From: Octopus sinensis
Lineage: Eukaryota
Assembly: GCF_006345805.1 (NCBI RefSeq)
Contig: NW_021834192.1
Coordinates: 1-50,720, forward strand
Direction of reading: 5' to 3'
DNA length: 50,720 nt
The stretch's first letter is position 1; each line of letters begins with the position of its first letter. The position numbers were made by a program, and so were the translations under genes. Shown here one piece after another: positions 1 through 11,004 of the stretch. Below the pieces are notes generated by a model, which was not told the DNA's origin, made no database searches, and worked only from the letters and a program-made list of their open reading frames with translations.

Positions 1-536
1 GCTTTTACAGAAGGTGCAAAGGAAGTTTTACTAAGTACACGAATACAAAATAACACTTTAAAAATAATTGTTTTATTCATTTGTTCTTTAAATAACTATT
101 TCAACAATCCAAATCCAACTAGTAATTGTCCTTTGGCATTCGAGACCTCCCCAGCCTTCGTCCCGCAAACATCCAAGTTCTTAAAACACGTCTGCCTCCT
201 TATCGCGCGGAGAAACATGAATGCAAGCGAATCTTCTTGGCTAAGACAGAGGATCTCTGTTACAATCATGCGCGGAAACGCGCAAGCTATTTTTTGACCG
301 GGATCTGATCTTCTCTGTTTTTTCTTTAATCGGTTCACTAGTAATTTAGTCTGTAATCTCGCAAAATTCATCAATTTAAGCAATAGTTACATTAGTTGAT
401 GGTGCTGATAAAAGAAAAGAAAATGGAACAGGAGGTCAGCTACTAGCCGCAGAGAGAATAGAGAAACTGTTCCCCCCTGAGTACGGCTATTGAGACGCGC
501 TCAAAAAGCCGATTGACCTCTCGGGGGTCGATTCTG

Positions 537-619
537 TTCACTCCCATCGCCGTCGTACTTCTTCCGGGGTCATCGGCGAAAAGTCTCTTTCCTTTCTAAA
601 AAAGCTTGGCCGCATGATC
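537..619 (+). mobile_element. Degenerate fragment of a CRE-like (RLE) non-LTR retrotransposon endonuclease region
   Basis: With one frameshift it translates to FTPIAV-TSSGVIGEKSLSFLKKLGRMI, matching FVPLAFETSGVVGKKVENLLRVVGGRI of the 6566-7232 copy. It lies in a segment (415-619) absent from the paralog. Confidence 0.55.
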
Positions 620-699
620 TCAATAGATTCTGGAATCGAACAATTAACCAATCATCCATTTCTTTCAAAGTCACACACTCATCACTTAAATATCTAAGA

Positions 700-1712
700 C
701 ATAACTTAGACATAACAGTTATAACTTATAACTGTACACAGCATTTTCTAATTTATCAACCCACTTTTTTCAATGTTATCCATCATTTTTACAACTTTCC
801 TGGTTATCGTTTGATTGAATCTTTCGACAATTCCTTGAGCCCGAGGATTATTGGGCCTTCCGTGGATTTGTTTGATGTTAAAATCAACGCATAGTTGTGT
901 TTTATTCTTGATTTTTGAATTCAGACCCATTGTCTGATTGAAGAAATTTGCATGGTCCATTTAAGCGAAAAAAAGATCTTAAGTTTTGACACACTTCTTT
1001 ACCAGACTTATTATATAGTGGTCATGCAAATCTATAAAAAAATAAAAAACCAACCTACTGTAAATGTCAATGACTGTTAAAATCCATTTGAAATTTTCTT
1101 TTGATGTTGAAAATCTTTTCAGATCTATTATGTCTATTTAAAAACGTTTATTTTGACAAGACGCAAACAGATGGTGATTTATATTTCCAATCTAAAATTA
1201 AAAAAATATTTTGAACTTTTAAAAAACGCGAAAATGTGCAAACTTTACAATTTCGAATGACTTTTCTGATAATCTCATTCTTGACAGTGAAATATCTTTG
1301 TCGACATTCATATTCAATTTTATTTACTCCTCCGTGAGAAAACTCATGTAATGATTTCGCCACAAGCTCCATTTCGGTTTCATTATCGAGGGATATGACT
1401 AACTTGGGATCACTAGATTTAAGATAAAGTCTGTAAATTTATTGCAAATTTACAGTTTTTTAGCACGCGTTTGCGCACGTTGGTTTCTATTAGTGTGTTG
1501 CGTCGGCCACCAGAATCGCCTAATCTAAGGATTTCCTTCAGATGTATGCATATGTCTGTTGTAACGGAGTCGGTTCTACTCCCCTTTCCGAACATAACGG
1601 CGACGACTCAGACTTGTGCACATTCCCTGTTGGATCTTCAATGGAAAGGGTTTTCTGGAGACAATGATCTTCTTAATTAGTTCGGATACTTGTTCTCTCA
1701 TTTTCTTTTTTC

Positions 1713-1758
<46 letters not shown>

Positions 1759-1946
1759 CAAAAAAATTTACAGTACCTGTCACTGATAATGGTGAAATTC
1801 TCCATCTTCTTTATAAGTCTATATTTTCGGTGCCTTGGAAGATTTTCGGGAAATTTATCATGTAAAGCATCTTTTAAAATTTGATATTCAACGCAATCTT
1901 TTACAAAACCCTTGTAAGAAGTCATTGCAACAAAATAATCATTCAT
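700..1946 (-). mobile_element. Stand-alone Gypsy-like DDE integrase (Ginger2/KRBA2-type), pseudogenised, copy 1
   Basis: H2C2 zinc motif SLHEFSHGGVNK...CKVC (ORF 1148-1372), core HGRPNNPRAQGIVERFNQT (ORF 748-960) and N-terminal ORF 1758-1946. No gag, RT or LTR is seen. Confidence 0.8.
1457..1763 (+). mobile_element. 307-bp poly(A)-tailed retroposed insertion with 11-bp TSD
   Basis: AAATTTACAGT at 1446-1456 and 1764-1774, with an A-run at ~1718-1754. The paralog shows the single empty site at ~50151-50161. Confidence 0.9.
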
Positions 1947-2185
1947 GCTAATATCACGCTAGAAATTAAGATTGCCGCTATAAAAAATAAAATCTTTATA
2001 ATGATAACATTTATAAATAAAAAACTAATCTAATAGGATAAATGGCATTTAAAATCCATTTTATAAGGTCATTTTTTGTGATAAAATTTGTTATTAATAT
2101 GTAATTGTTTAATTAAGTTTTAATTATTTATTGGCTAACCTAAAATAGAAATAAAAGAATTAACTCATTTGTTAAATATAGCAAC

Positions 2186-3011
2186 ATGAGGACTGTTCCG
2201 CCGCCATTCATAATCGGTGTGGCAGGAGGTAGTGCCTCTGGAAAAGTACAGTTAACATATTTCCAACCAACAGACATACTTCTGCAACTTATTAACAGAA
2301 AAAATTGCCTCTCAATATAACTTGAACGACATCCAATATTCACTCTCGACAGCTTCTACAAGGAACTCAACCCCGAGGAATTAACCGCAGCGTACAACGG
2401 TGACTACGACTTTGACAATCCAGGTCACTTTGTCCCACTTACAAATAGAAGCATTTGACATGGATTTGGCCATCGAGAAACTAAATATGTGATGCAGTTT
2501 AATAGCCCGTCGAAATCCCAGTGTACGACTACAAGACCCACAGTAGGTTGGGTGCTAGATTCGACTGTGTTAGAGTCAAGACAAAGTCAAGGAAATCCCG
2601 CCGTCGAGGGTGATCATCATCGAAGGAATCCTGACATTTCATAACAAAACAATCAGTGAAATGTGCGATCTTAAATTATTCATCAAATGTGATGCAGAAA
2701 CTAGGCTTATCGTAGAATTAATGTTCGTATATAATTTTGACAGTTCGGAGAGACATGCAGTCACGTGGGAGGGACATTGATGGAATTTTAAAGGTCTATG
2801 AGCGGTTTGTCAAGCCCAACTTTGATCGGTTCTGCGCCCCTGTTAGAGTGTTTGTATAATTGATAGACCGAATCCAAGGCAAATCTCATAATTCAGTCCA
2901 ACAACAGGATTGAAAGTTGATGTACATTTTAGGCATTTATTAGATTCAATTGACGTTATCGGGCAGCATATAAAACACAACCTGTCACAAAATAATGAAA
3001 ATCATAATTGA
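2186..3011 (+). CDS. UCK: Uridine-cytidine kinase, multi-exon with tiny introns and some frameshifts
   Basis: P-loop IIGVAGGSASGK, then LDSFYK, FDNP/AFD, VEIPVYDYKTHSR, VIIIEGIL, RRD...RGRDIDG and FVKPNF. Introns 2246-2273 (28 nt), 2424-2448 (25 nt) and 2547-2573 (27 nt). Stop TGA at 3009-3011. Confidence 0.9.
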
Positions 3012-3549
3012 TTATTAATTAATTAGTTGATTTTTTTAATTTTTTTAACATCGAGACTAAGGTAAAAACAGGAAAAATTAAACACGGGATGGACTATTAA
3101 GTCTTTTTGATTTTCCTTCTATTTTTTGATGATAAAAGCGGGTCCATGAAAATTTGAGTTGATAATAAAATTATAATTAAACAAATTATAACGTGCTTTT
3201 TTTCTAATTAAAATCCCTCAAAATGTTCATCGATTAGAGATATTTAATTTCTACTATTGATGCGAAATTATTATTTATTGAAAAATAATCATAATAGTAT
3301 TCACCAACTACTGAATAATTTTATCCAAAACGATTGAAATCTTTTAGTTTTATTTTCACGGCATTACTAAATTTTATAGCAGTGATTCTCAACCTTTTTT
3401 TGGTGTACCAAAAAAAAACGTCAATGTACCAAACCAAGTTATTTCGTGTACCAAAGAACAAAGACTTATTTAATTTTTTAATTATTTTATTGACTTAAAA
3501 TCTTTTTTTAACTATTTAATGAGAGCCTTGGTTTTCATGCATTTTAATT

Positions 3550-4264
3550 TTTTTTTTTTTTTTTTTTTTTTTGGGACGATATTAGAATCTAAATATGAGC
3601 ATTAAAGTCCACTTTTATGGCAATGTTGTTCAAATCTTTCACGGAATATCGCGACGGATTTTTGACCGTTTTTAATCCGGGGCATTGTCCTGTAGGAGGA
3701 GTGCTGGCCGATTTCCCCGCCCCCACGTCCTCCTCAATGAAGTGGTGAAAAGGGCTTTGGACTCTGCGGGATTCCCATCGACCCTTGAACCTATTGGGCT
3801 CTGCCGCAGTGACGGAAAGCGTCCTGACGGGATGACTATATTCCCCTTTAGAGGAGGAAGGTCTCTTGTTTGGGATGTAACTTGCGTCGACTCCTTTTCA
3901 GATACTGTGCTCACAGGAACAGCCAGTACACCAGGCTACGCATGTGCGCTGGCAGAAGAAAGGAAGTTGACGAAGTACGCTGTGCTTCCGAACGTCGTTG
4001 AGTTTGTCCCCCTAGCCTTTGAGACCTCCGTGTGGTTGGAAAGAAGGTAGAAAATCTGTTACGGGTTGTGGGAGGAAGAATCTCACAGAATACAAATGAC
4101 CGGAGGGAGACGAGCTGGCTTTTCCAGCGCATCTCGGTTGCAATTCTTCGCGGGAACTGCCTCTCTATCCGCAGTGCTTCGTCGTCGGACTAACCCTCAA
4201 GTTCACGACATTAATTCTCTATTAATTATATTGTACATATATTTAAATTAAAAAAAAATGATCC
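3550..4264. mobile_element. Chimeric retro-insertion: poly(T)25, 101-bp HIPK fragment, CRE-like 3' end, A9; 12-bp TSD
   Basis: TGCATTTTAATT at 3538-3549 and 4265-4276. Removing the insert restores the hAT reading frame. Bases 3573-3673 are identical to 45313-45413. Confidence 0.9.
3680..4258 (+). mobile_element. 5'-truncated CRE-like RLE non-LTR retrotransposon, copy A
   Basis: ALSCRRSAGRFPR.H...KRPDG...LVWDVT...ETS...WLFQRISVAILRGN (end of zinc knuckle plus PD-D/ExK endonuclease) followed by an A tail. Confidence 0.9.
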
Positions 4265-4553
4265 TGCATTTTAATTAGTTCCTGAATATCAGGGTCCAAG
4301 CGTGTTAAAAATAATCTGACATCTCTTCGCGAGCAAATATCAAGCTTGTTACGTTTATTGCTCAATATTCTGTTTATTACGCTGAATCCTGATTCCACAA
4401 GATATGTTGTTGGAAAACATAATAAATTTTAATTATTGTTCCCAAATCTTTGGAAATTTGTCTTTAAATTTCTTTTTCCGCCAAAAGGTAGACAAATCCT
4501 GGCTTTAAAACAAAATCTTGTAAGAATATTATATTTAATTTCTATAAAAAATA

Positions 4554-4720
4554 ATCTGATCTCGAAAGACGGAGAGAGCCTCGGGAGAAGCAATGGTTGT
4601 TCCAAAGAATATCCATTGCGATCCTGAGGGGCAACGTCTTCTCGATCATCAACAGCTTAAGATTATGATAATCATTTTCGCTCATTTGTATTATTACTTT
4701 GATAGTTAAAAAATAATATG
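4554..4720 (+). mobile_element. 3'-terminal fragment of a second CRE-like subfamily, with probable 10-bp TSD
   Basis: PREKQWLFQRISIAILRGNVFSIINSLRL*. ATAAAAAATA at 4544-4553 and 4721-4730, inside the hAT ORF. Confidence 0.7.
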
Positions 4721-5849
4721 ATAAAAAATACCAATAAATTCATCTTGCAAATCCATTTGCACCTCTTCAGTGCTAGTCAAAAAAGGATTTATCATCCATC
4801 TTGGTATTTCTATATTAATCACGTCTTCAAATCTGATTGTCATTTCCTTTTCCAAATTAATTAGATGACCAACAAAAATTTTTATATCAAATTGATTAAA
4901 TGCTTCACATACTGGATATAGAAAATCGCATTTGCCTGATTCAAAGTTATGTCTATAATTCTTTAACTTTTCACAGAATGTAATTATTGTAACTCTGACG
5001 TCAAACATAGTGATGGCGGTTAATACGCAATGAATATGAATTAAATTCGGACATTTTTGTTTCAAAAAAGACGCAAATCCTTTGTACTTTCCAACAATGG
5101 CCATTGCACCGTCCGTAGCACATGTAGTTAAATTGTAAAATGGAATTTGTTTTTCTTCAAATACGTTTTCATACATTAAAAATTGACTCTCCGGTAGATT
5201 CTGTTATTAAAGGTCTGATAAACAAAATCTCTTCACAAAAAACTATTTTTCGTTAAAAAATCTTAACAAAATATTATTTAAAATACCTACCTAACATAGG
5301 CCATTAATATAGATTTATTATCACATACCAGACATTCGTCAATCTGCAACGAAAAAACAGTTTTTCTAAGTATATTTTTAAGGAATCTTCGACGCTTTCA
5401 GACATTTCGTCAATTCGGCGACGAATCGTATCATTACTCAAAGGTAAATTCTAGCTACATAAAAATGGTCGCACTACTTTTAAAATTTCAGATGGATTAT
5501 GTCCCAACTTTACCCGAAAATGGGTAGCATTATTTTTTAGCAACAATATGGGCAATTTTGTAGGATGCAAGTAACCCATCTATGAAATAGGTTAAAAGGA
5601 ATACTATTTTATCGTGTTTTTTATTATTATCAAAATACACCTTTCTGATTACGCAATTGCCGATGTTAAAAATATAATTCTTCCACATTTTTTACAAACA
5701 TTTATCATTGTCTGAATTTGAAATTGCCTTTGTACTCAGCCTAGTCAATCCTATCGACAAAAAATGTTGAATTATGAGAATTAGATGTAACAAGCCTATT
5801 CGTGTATGACAAAATAAAAAAAATTATTATCATCAAAGTGGAAGTCACT

Positions 5850-6410
5850 TCCCAGGACCACCTGAAGCAGTCCGAAGTTCAAAAATGCAATAAATGAGAC
5901 GGGTTCATTTCAAGTTTTTCAAGAACTACATTGAAAAGCTGAAGACGAAACTTGGACTTACATACAGTATCTGATTTTTGTCATTTAAACAGGAGTTTAA
6001 TGAAATAAGTTTTTGTCGACAGTCCTCATGTAGTTGGTCGTACACTCGATCGAGCAATGGACGACAAATTTGATGAAGAGAATGTAAACGATACCCAGAA
6101 AGAAACATTTAGACAAATTGAACAAATTATAGATGTTCTACAGCTCCAGAAGGAGTATTCGTGGATATACGTATCTAGCGAGTTGCATATCTATCAAATT
6201 TTTGTTCGATAACGTCATCGTAGTAACAAAATTGATTAATGATCGGTCCCTCATCCTCAGGGGCAATTCGCTGATATAAATCAAAATTATATGATTTACT
6301 GACTCATTTAGTGTCGTTCTGGTAATTCACATTACAGATATATGGATTATCCTGCAGATACTGACAACTATTACGATTTTACTGAGAGGTCAGTCCGACA
6401 AGGCAACTAA
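5850..6410 (+). other. Unidentified probable gene fragment with tiny introns
   Basis: Protein-like frame FKNYIEKLKTKLGLTY / VFVDSPHVVGRTLDRAMDDKFDEENVNDTQKETFRQIEQIIDVLQ and a candidate 26-nt GT-AG intron at ~5966-5991. Family not recognised. Confidence 0.3.
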
Positions 6411-6423
6411 ATCCTAATTATTA

Positions 6424-6565
6424 TTCTAATTTAACAAAAACGCAGAAAATAATTTTTTTTAATTTTTTGGCTTGAAGGTTTTGGGGGACCACATCATGTG
6501 AGTCGAGGACTTTCTTGTTGTTCATTTTAACAAAAACGAAGAAAATAATTTTTTTTATTTTTTGG
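6424..6565 (-). repeat. About 1.5 units of the ~95-bp Helitron satellite in inverted orientation
   Basis: Reverse complement of the unit in the 7455-9360 array, directly abutting the CRE 5' junction. Confidence 0.95.
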
Positions 6566-7201
6566 CTTCGACTTGGACTTGAAATCTGCCAACCTCACCG
6601 TTGTCGCTGTGGTTTTTTGATTCCTTCGAACGGTTTACACGCATTGTCCTGTAGGAGGAGTGCTGGCCGATTTCCCCGCCACGTCCTCCTCAATGAAGTG
6701 GTGAAAAGGGCTTTGGATTCTGCGGGATTCCCATCGACCCTTGAACCTATTGGGCTCTGCCGCAGTGACGGAAAGCGTCCTGACGGGATGACTATATTCC
6801 CCTTTAGAGGAGGAAGGTCTCTTGTTTGGGATGTAACTTGCGTCGACTCCTTTTCAGATACTGTGCTTACAGGAACAGCCAGTACACCAGGCTACGCATG
6901 TGCGCTGGCAGAAGAAAGGAAGTTGACGAAGTACGCTGTGCTTCCGAACGTCGTTGAGTTTGTCCCCCTAGCCTTTGAGACCTCCGGTGTGGTTGGAAAG
7001 AAGGTAGAAAATCTGTTACGGGTTGTGGGAGGAAGAATCTCACAGAATACAAATGACCGGAGGGAGAAGCTGGCTTTTCCAGCGCATCTCGGTTGCAATT
7101 CTTCGCGGGAACTGCCTCTCTATCCGAAGTGCTTCGTCGTCGGACTAACCCTCAAGTTCACGACATTAATTCTCTATTAATTATATTGATTAAATTAGCG
7201 T

Positions 7202-7232
<31 letters not shown>
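6566..7232 (+). mobile_element. 5'-truncated CRE-like RLE non-LTR retrotransposon, copy B, with poly(A) tail
   Basis: LRLGLEICQPHRCRCG...HALSC (CCHC knuckle), KRPDG, VWDVT and ETSG. A-run at ~7204-7232. Nearly identical to copy A. Confidence 0.92.
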
Positions 7233-7234
<2 letters not shown>

Positions 7235-7454
7235 GGAATTTATAAGAAAAGTGAATTCCATCTGGACAATCCAGTTAATTTTAATAATAAAATGGTATGG
7301 TGTGGGTGTCTGTCTGTCTGTCTGTGCACACCCACATTCAAATTGTTACAAACCAGATCAATTGTCAAAACCTTCCCTTTTGTAGTTATTCGATAATGAG
7401 GCACAATAAAAGGTTGATATCCTCTAAGAACCTTCCTGTCAAAAAATTTTAATA

Positions 7455-9360
7455 AGAAAGAATCCTCGATGATGAGGTCCCCCAAAACCTTCAAGTCAAT
7501 TTTCTGCGTTTTTGTTAAAATGAACAACAAGAAAGTCCTCGACTCACATGATGTGGTCCCCCAAAACCTTCAAGCCAAAAATTAAAATTATTTTCTGCGT
7601 TTTTGTTAAAATGAACAACAAGAAAGTCCTCGACTCACATGATGTGGTCCCCAAAACCTTCAAGCCAAAAAATTAAAAAAAATTATTTTCTGCGTTTTTG
7701 TTAAAATGAACAACAAGAAAGTCCTCGACTCACATGATGTGGTCCCCCAAAACCTTCAAGCCAAAAATTAAAAAAAATTATTTTCTGCGTTTTTGTTAAA
7801 AATGAACAACAAGAAAGTCCTCGACTCACATGATGTGGTCCCCCAAAACCTTCAAGCCAAAAAATTAAAAAAAAATATTTTCTGCGTTTTTGTTAAATGA
7901 ACAACAAGAAAGTCCTCGACTCACATGATGTGGTCCCCAAAACCTTCAAGCCAAAAAATTAAAAAAATTATTTTCTGCGTTTTTGTTAAAATGAACAACA
8001 AATCCTCGACTCACATGATGTGGTCCCCCAAAACCTTCAAGCCAAAAATTAAAAAAATTATTTTCTGCGCGTTTTTTGTAAAATGACAACAGAAAGTCCT
8101 CGACTCACATGATGTGGTCCCCCAAAACCTTCAAGCCAAAAATTAAAAAAATTATTTTCTGCGTTTTTGTTAAAATGAACAACAAGAAAGTCCTCGACTC
8201 ACATGATGTGGTCCCCCAAAACCTTCAAGCCAAAAAATTAAAAAAAATTATTTTCTGCGTTTTTGTTAAATGAACAACAAGAAAGTCCTCGACTCACATG
8301 ATGTGGTCCCCCAAAACCTTCAAGCCAAAAAATTAAAAAAATTATTTTCTGCGTTTTTGTTAAAATGAACAACAAGAAAGTCCTCGACTCACATGATGTG
8401 GTCCCCCAAAACCTTCAAGCCAAAAAATAAAAAAATTATTTTCTGCGTTTTTGTTAAAATGAACAACAAGAAAGTCCTCGACTCACATGATGTGGTCCCC
8501 CAAAACCTTCAAGCCAAAAATTAAAAAAATTATTTTCTGCGTTTTTGTTAAAATGAACAACAAGAAAGTCCTCGACTCACATGATGTGGTCCCCCAAAAC
8601 CTTCAAGCCAAAAATTAAAAAAAAATTATTTCTGCGTTTTTGTTAAAATGAACAACAAGAAAGTCCTCGACTCACATGATGTGGTCCCCAAAACCTTCAA
8701 GCTAAAAAATTAAAAAAATTATTTTCTGCGTTTTTGTTAAAATGAACAACAAGAAAGTCCTCGACTCACATGATGTGGTCCCCCAAAACCTTCAAGCCAA
8801 AAATTAAAAAAATTATTTTCTGCGTTTTTGTTAAAATGAACAACAAGAAAGTCCTCGACTCACATGATGTGGTCCCCCAAAACCTTCAAGCCAAAAATTA
8901 AAAAAATTATTTTCTGCGTTTTTGTTAAAATGAACAACAAGAAAGTCCTCGACTCACATGATGTGGTCCCCCAAACCTTCAAGCCAAAAATTAAAAAAAT
9001 TATTTTCTGCGTTTTTGTTAAAATGAACAACAAAAGTCCTCGACTCACATGATGTGGTCCCCCAAAACCTTCAAGCCAAAAAATTAAAAAAAATTATTTT
9101 CTGCGTTTTTGTTAAAATGAACAACAAGAAAGTCCTCGACTCACATGATGTGGTCCCTCAAAACCTTCAAGCCAAAAATTAAAAAAATTTTTTCTGCGTT
9201 TTTGTTAAATGAACAACAAGAAAGTCCTCGACTCACATGATGTGGTCCCCCAAAACCTTCAAGCCAAAATTAAAAAAAAATATTTTCTGCGTTTTTGTTA
9301 AAATGAACGACAAGAAAGTCCTCGACTCACATGATGAGGTCCTCCACAACCTTCAAGCCT
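7455..9360 (+). repeat. Satellite array 1, ~94-96-bp unit, ~20 copies
   Basis: Consensus GAACAACAAGAAAGTCCTCGACTCACATGATGTGGTCCCCCAAAACCTTCAAGCCAAAAATTAAAAAAATTATTTTCTGCGTTTTTGTTAAAAT; for example, period 94 between 8461 and 8555. Confidence 0.98.
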
Positions 9361-10069
9361 CGTGAGGCCATTAATTAGCTTAGCTATCTTTTTTCGATGA
9401 CATAAATTCTTTTTTGTTAAATTTTCGTTAAAAAAATAAAATAAAAGCTCTAATTGTTATCGACCATGAATAGACTGTGCAATTATCAGATTTTGAAAAC
9501 CACTAAAAAGGAAAAAGCAAAAATTATTAGAGATTTACATAATTGATTCTTTTTAACTGCCGAAACTGACAAATTCGATTATGCTACTGTTTAGATTTCT
9601 TAAAAGATAGAGGCAAATAAAATTTAAATTAGTCATGTAAATTTCAATTTGCCTATATTTAAATCTCCTTGATTTAACAGGCTTTAATTTTTTTCCTTAT
9701 AATACTACAAAGATGAAGCTGATTATCATTTTCTTTACCGAAACAGACAAGTTCGATTATGCTAAAGTTTCAATTCCTTTAAACATAGAGGCAATTAAGT
9801 ATAATGGCTTTGATTGGATAATACACTTTACATAAATTTCACTAAATAAATTTACGTAGAAAATTTAATATAAATTACTGATTCGCGTTTACAAAATCAT
9901 AAGAATGTCCTATAAAGAGAGATCTGAGAATGTTAACAAACAAGAGAATATGAACCATATAACAAAAAAAGAGAAACGAGGGAAGATGTGCTTAAATGGT
10001 GAGGGAACTTAGACAACAGCTGAACAAGGTCAGGACTGCTGTTAGACTCAACTACGGGTAATAGAATTA

Positions 10070-10815
10070 TGCATTCTAGGTTAATTGTTTGGGATGAATG
10101 TACGATGGCTCATAAAGGCGCATTCAAGCAGTTGACCGAACATATAGAGATATCAAGAATTGTAGCGACCATTTGTTTGGGGGAGCATTAGTTGTATTGG
10201 CAGGTGATTTTAGACAGACGCTGCCAATTATTCAAAGAGGGACGCCTGCGGATGAATTGAATGCCTGCCTCAAATCGTCATATTTGTGGACACACGTGAA
10301 AAAGGTAAGCTTAGATGTAAATGTACATGCACATTTACAAGGCGTTAATAGCATATTCCCACAAATCCTTCTAGATATTGGAAATGGGGCAATCACTTCA
10401 GAAATGCACGACCAGAAAATTAGGCTACCGGAAGAATTATGTATTTTCGTAGAAACAGCAGAAGAATTATTGAATGCCGTCTATTCCGAACTATCTGAAC
10501 ACTACGTGAATTTCGACTGGCTGCGTGAACGAGCTATATTAGCTCCACTTAATGATGAGGTACTTAATATAAATTTAGATTTATTAATGAAAATCCCTGG
10601 CAGAGAAAGAATATATAAATCGGTCGACGTTATTATGGACCATGAAAGGGCCTGCGATAGATTTAAGAGACTACAATTTCCGCTGAAGATAAGTTTTGCT
10701 ATGACAATAAAGGCCCAGGGACAGTCTTTAAAGGTAGTAGGCTTATTTTTAGAGAACGAGTGCTTTTCACATGGCCAGCTGTATGTGGGGTGCTCAAGGG
10801 TAGGTAGAAGAGAAA
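10070..10815 (+). pseudogene. Helitron Pif1-type helicase fragment, unit 1
   Basis: [51 protein letters not shown] and [13 protein letters not shown]. Confidence 0.92.
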
Positions 10816-11004
10816 TCTTAATAATAATGGTATGGGTGTGTCTGTCTGTCTGTGTATCTGTCTGTCTGTCTTGTGCACACCCACATTCAAATTGTTACAA
10901 ACCAGATCAAATTGTCAAAACCTTCCCTTTTGTAGTTATTCGATAATGAGGCACAATAAAAGTTGATATCCTCTAAGAACCTTCCGTCAAAAAATTTTAA
11001 TAAG

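Larger units (their letters stand above)
1..2246. repeat. Segmental duplication, copy 1 (paralog of 47278-50720)
   Basis: Colinear matching blocks: 1-414 with 47278-47687, 620-703 with 48112-48198, the integrase blocks, the promoter, and UCK exon 1 (2186-2246 with 50660-50720). The copies differ by substitutions and copy-specific insertions. Confidence 0.95.
3380..5255 (-). mobile_element. hAT (Buster/GTF2IRD2-like) DNA transposon fossil, internally deleted and interrupted by two retroposons
   Basis: ORF 4706-5176 with CATDGAMAIVG...HIHC. C-terminal dimerisation domain FPTTYLVESGFS...KRNKLDI...ELIKMHENQGSH* spans 4400-4265 and 3549-3516. Terminus CAGTGATTCTCAACC at 3380 with (G/A)TGTACCA subterminal repeats. 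Confidence 0.85.

Noticed and set aside
700-1946. LTR retrotransposon
   Set aside because: No gag, protease, RT, RNase H, LTR or PBS lies next to any integrase remnant.
2186-3011. Non-standard genetic code explaining in-frame stops
   Set aside because: The stops fall in introns or at frameshifts. MAX translates cleanly and ends with a standard stop.
5850-6410. FSH1/OVCA2 esterase assignment
   Set aside because: Only a VFVDSPH resemblance; no catalytic GFSQG-type motif was found.
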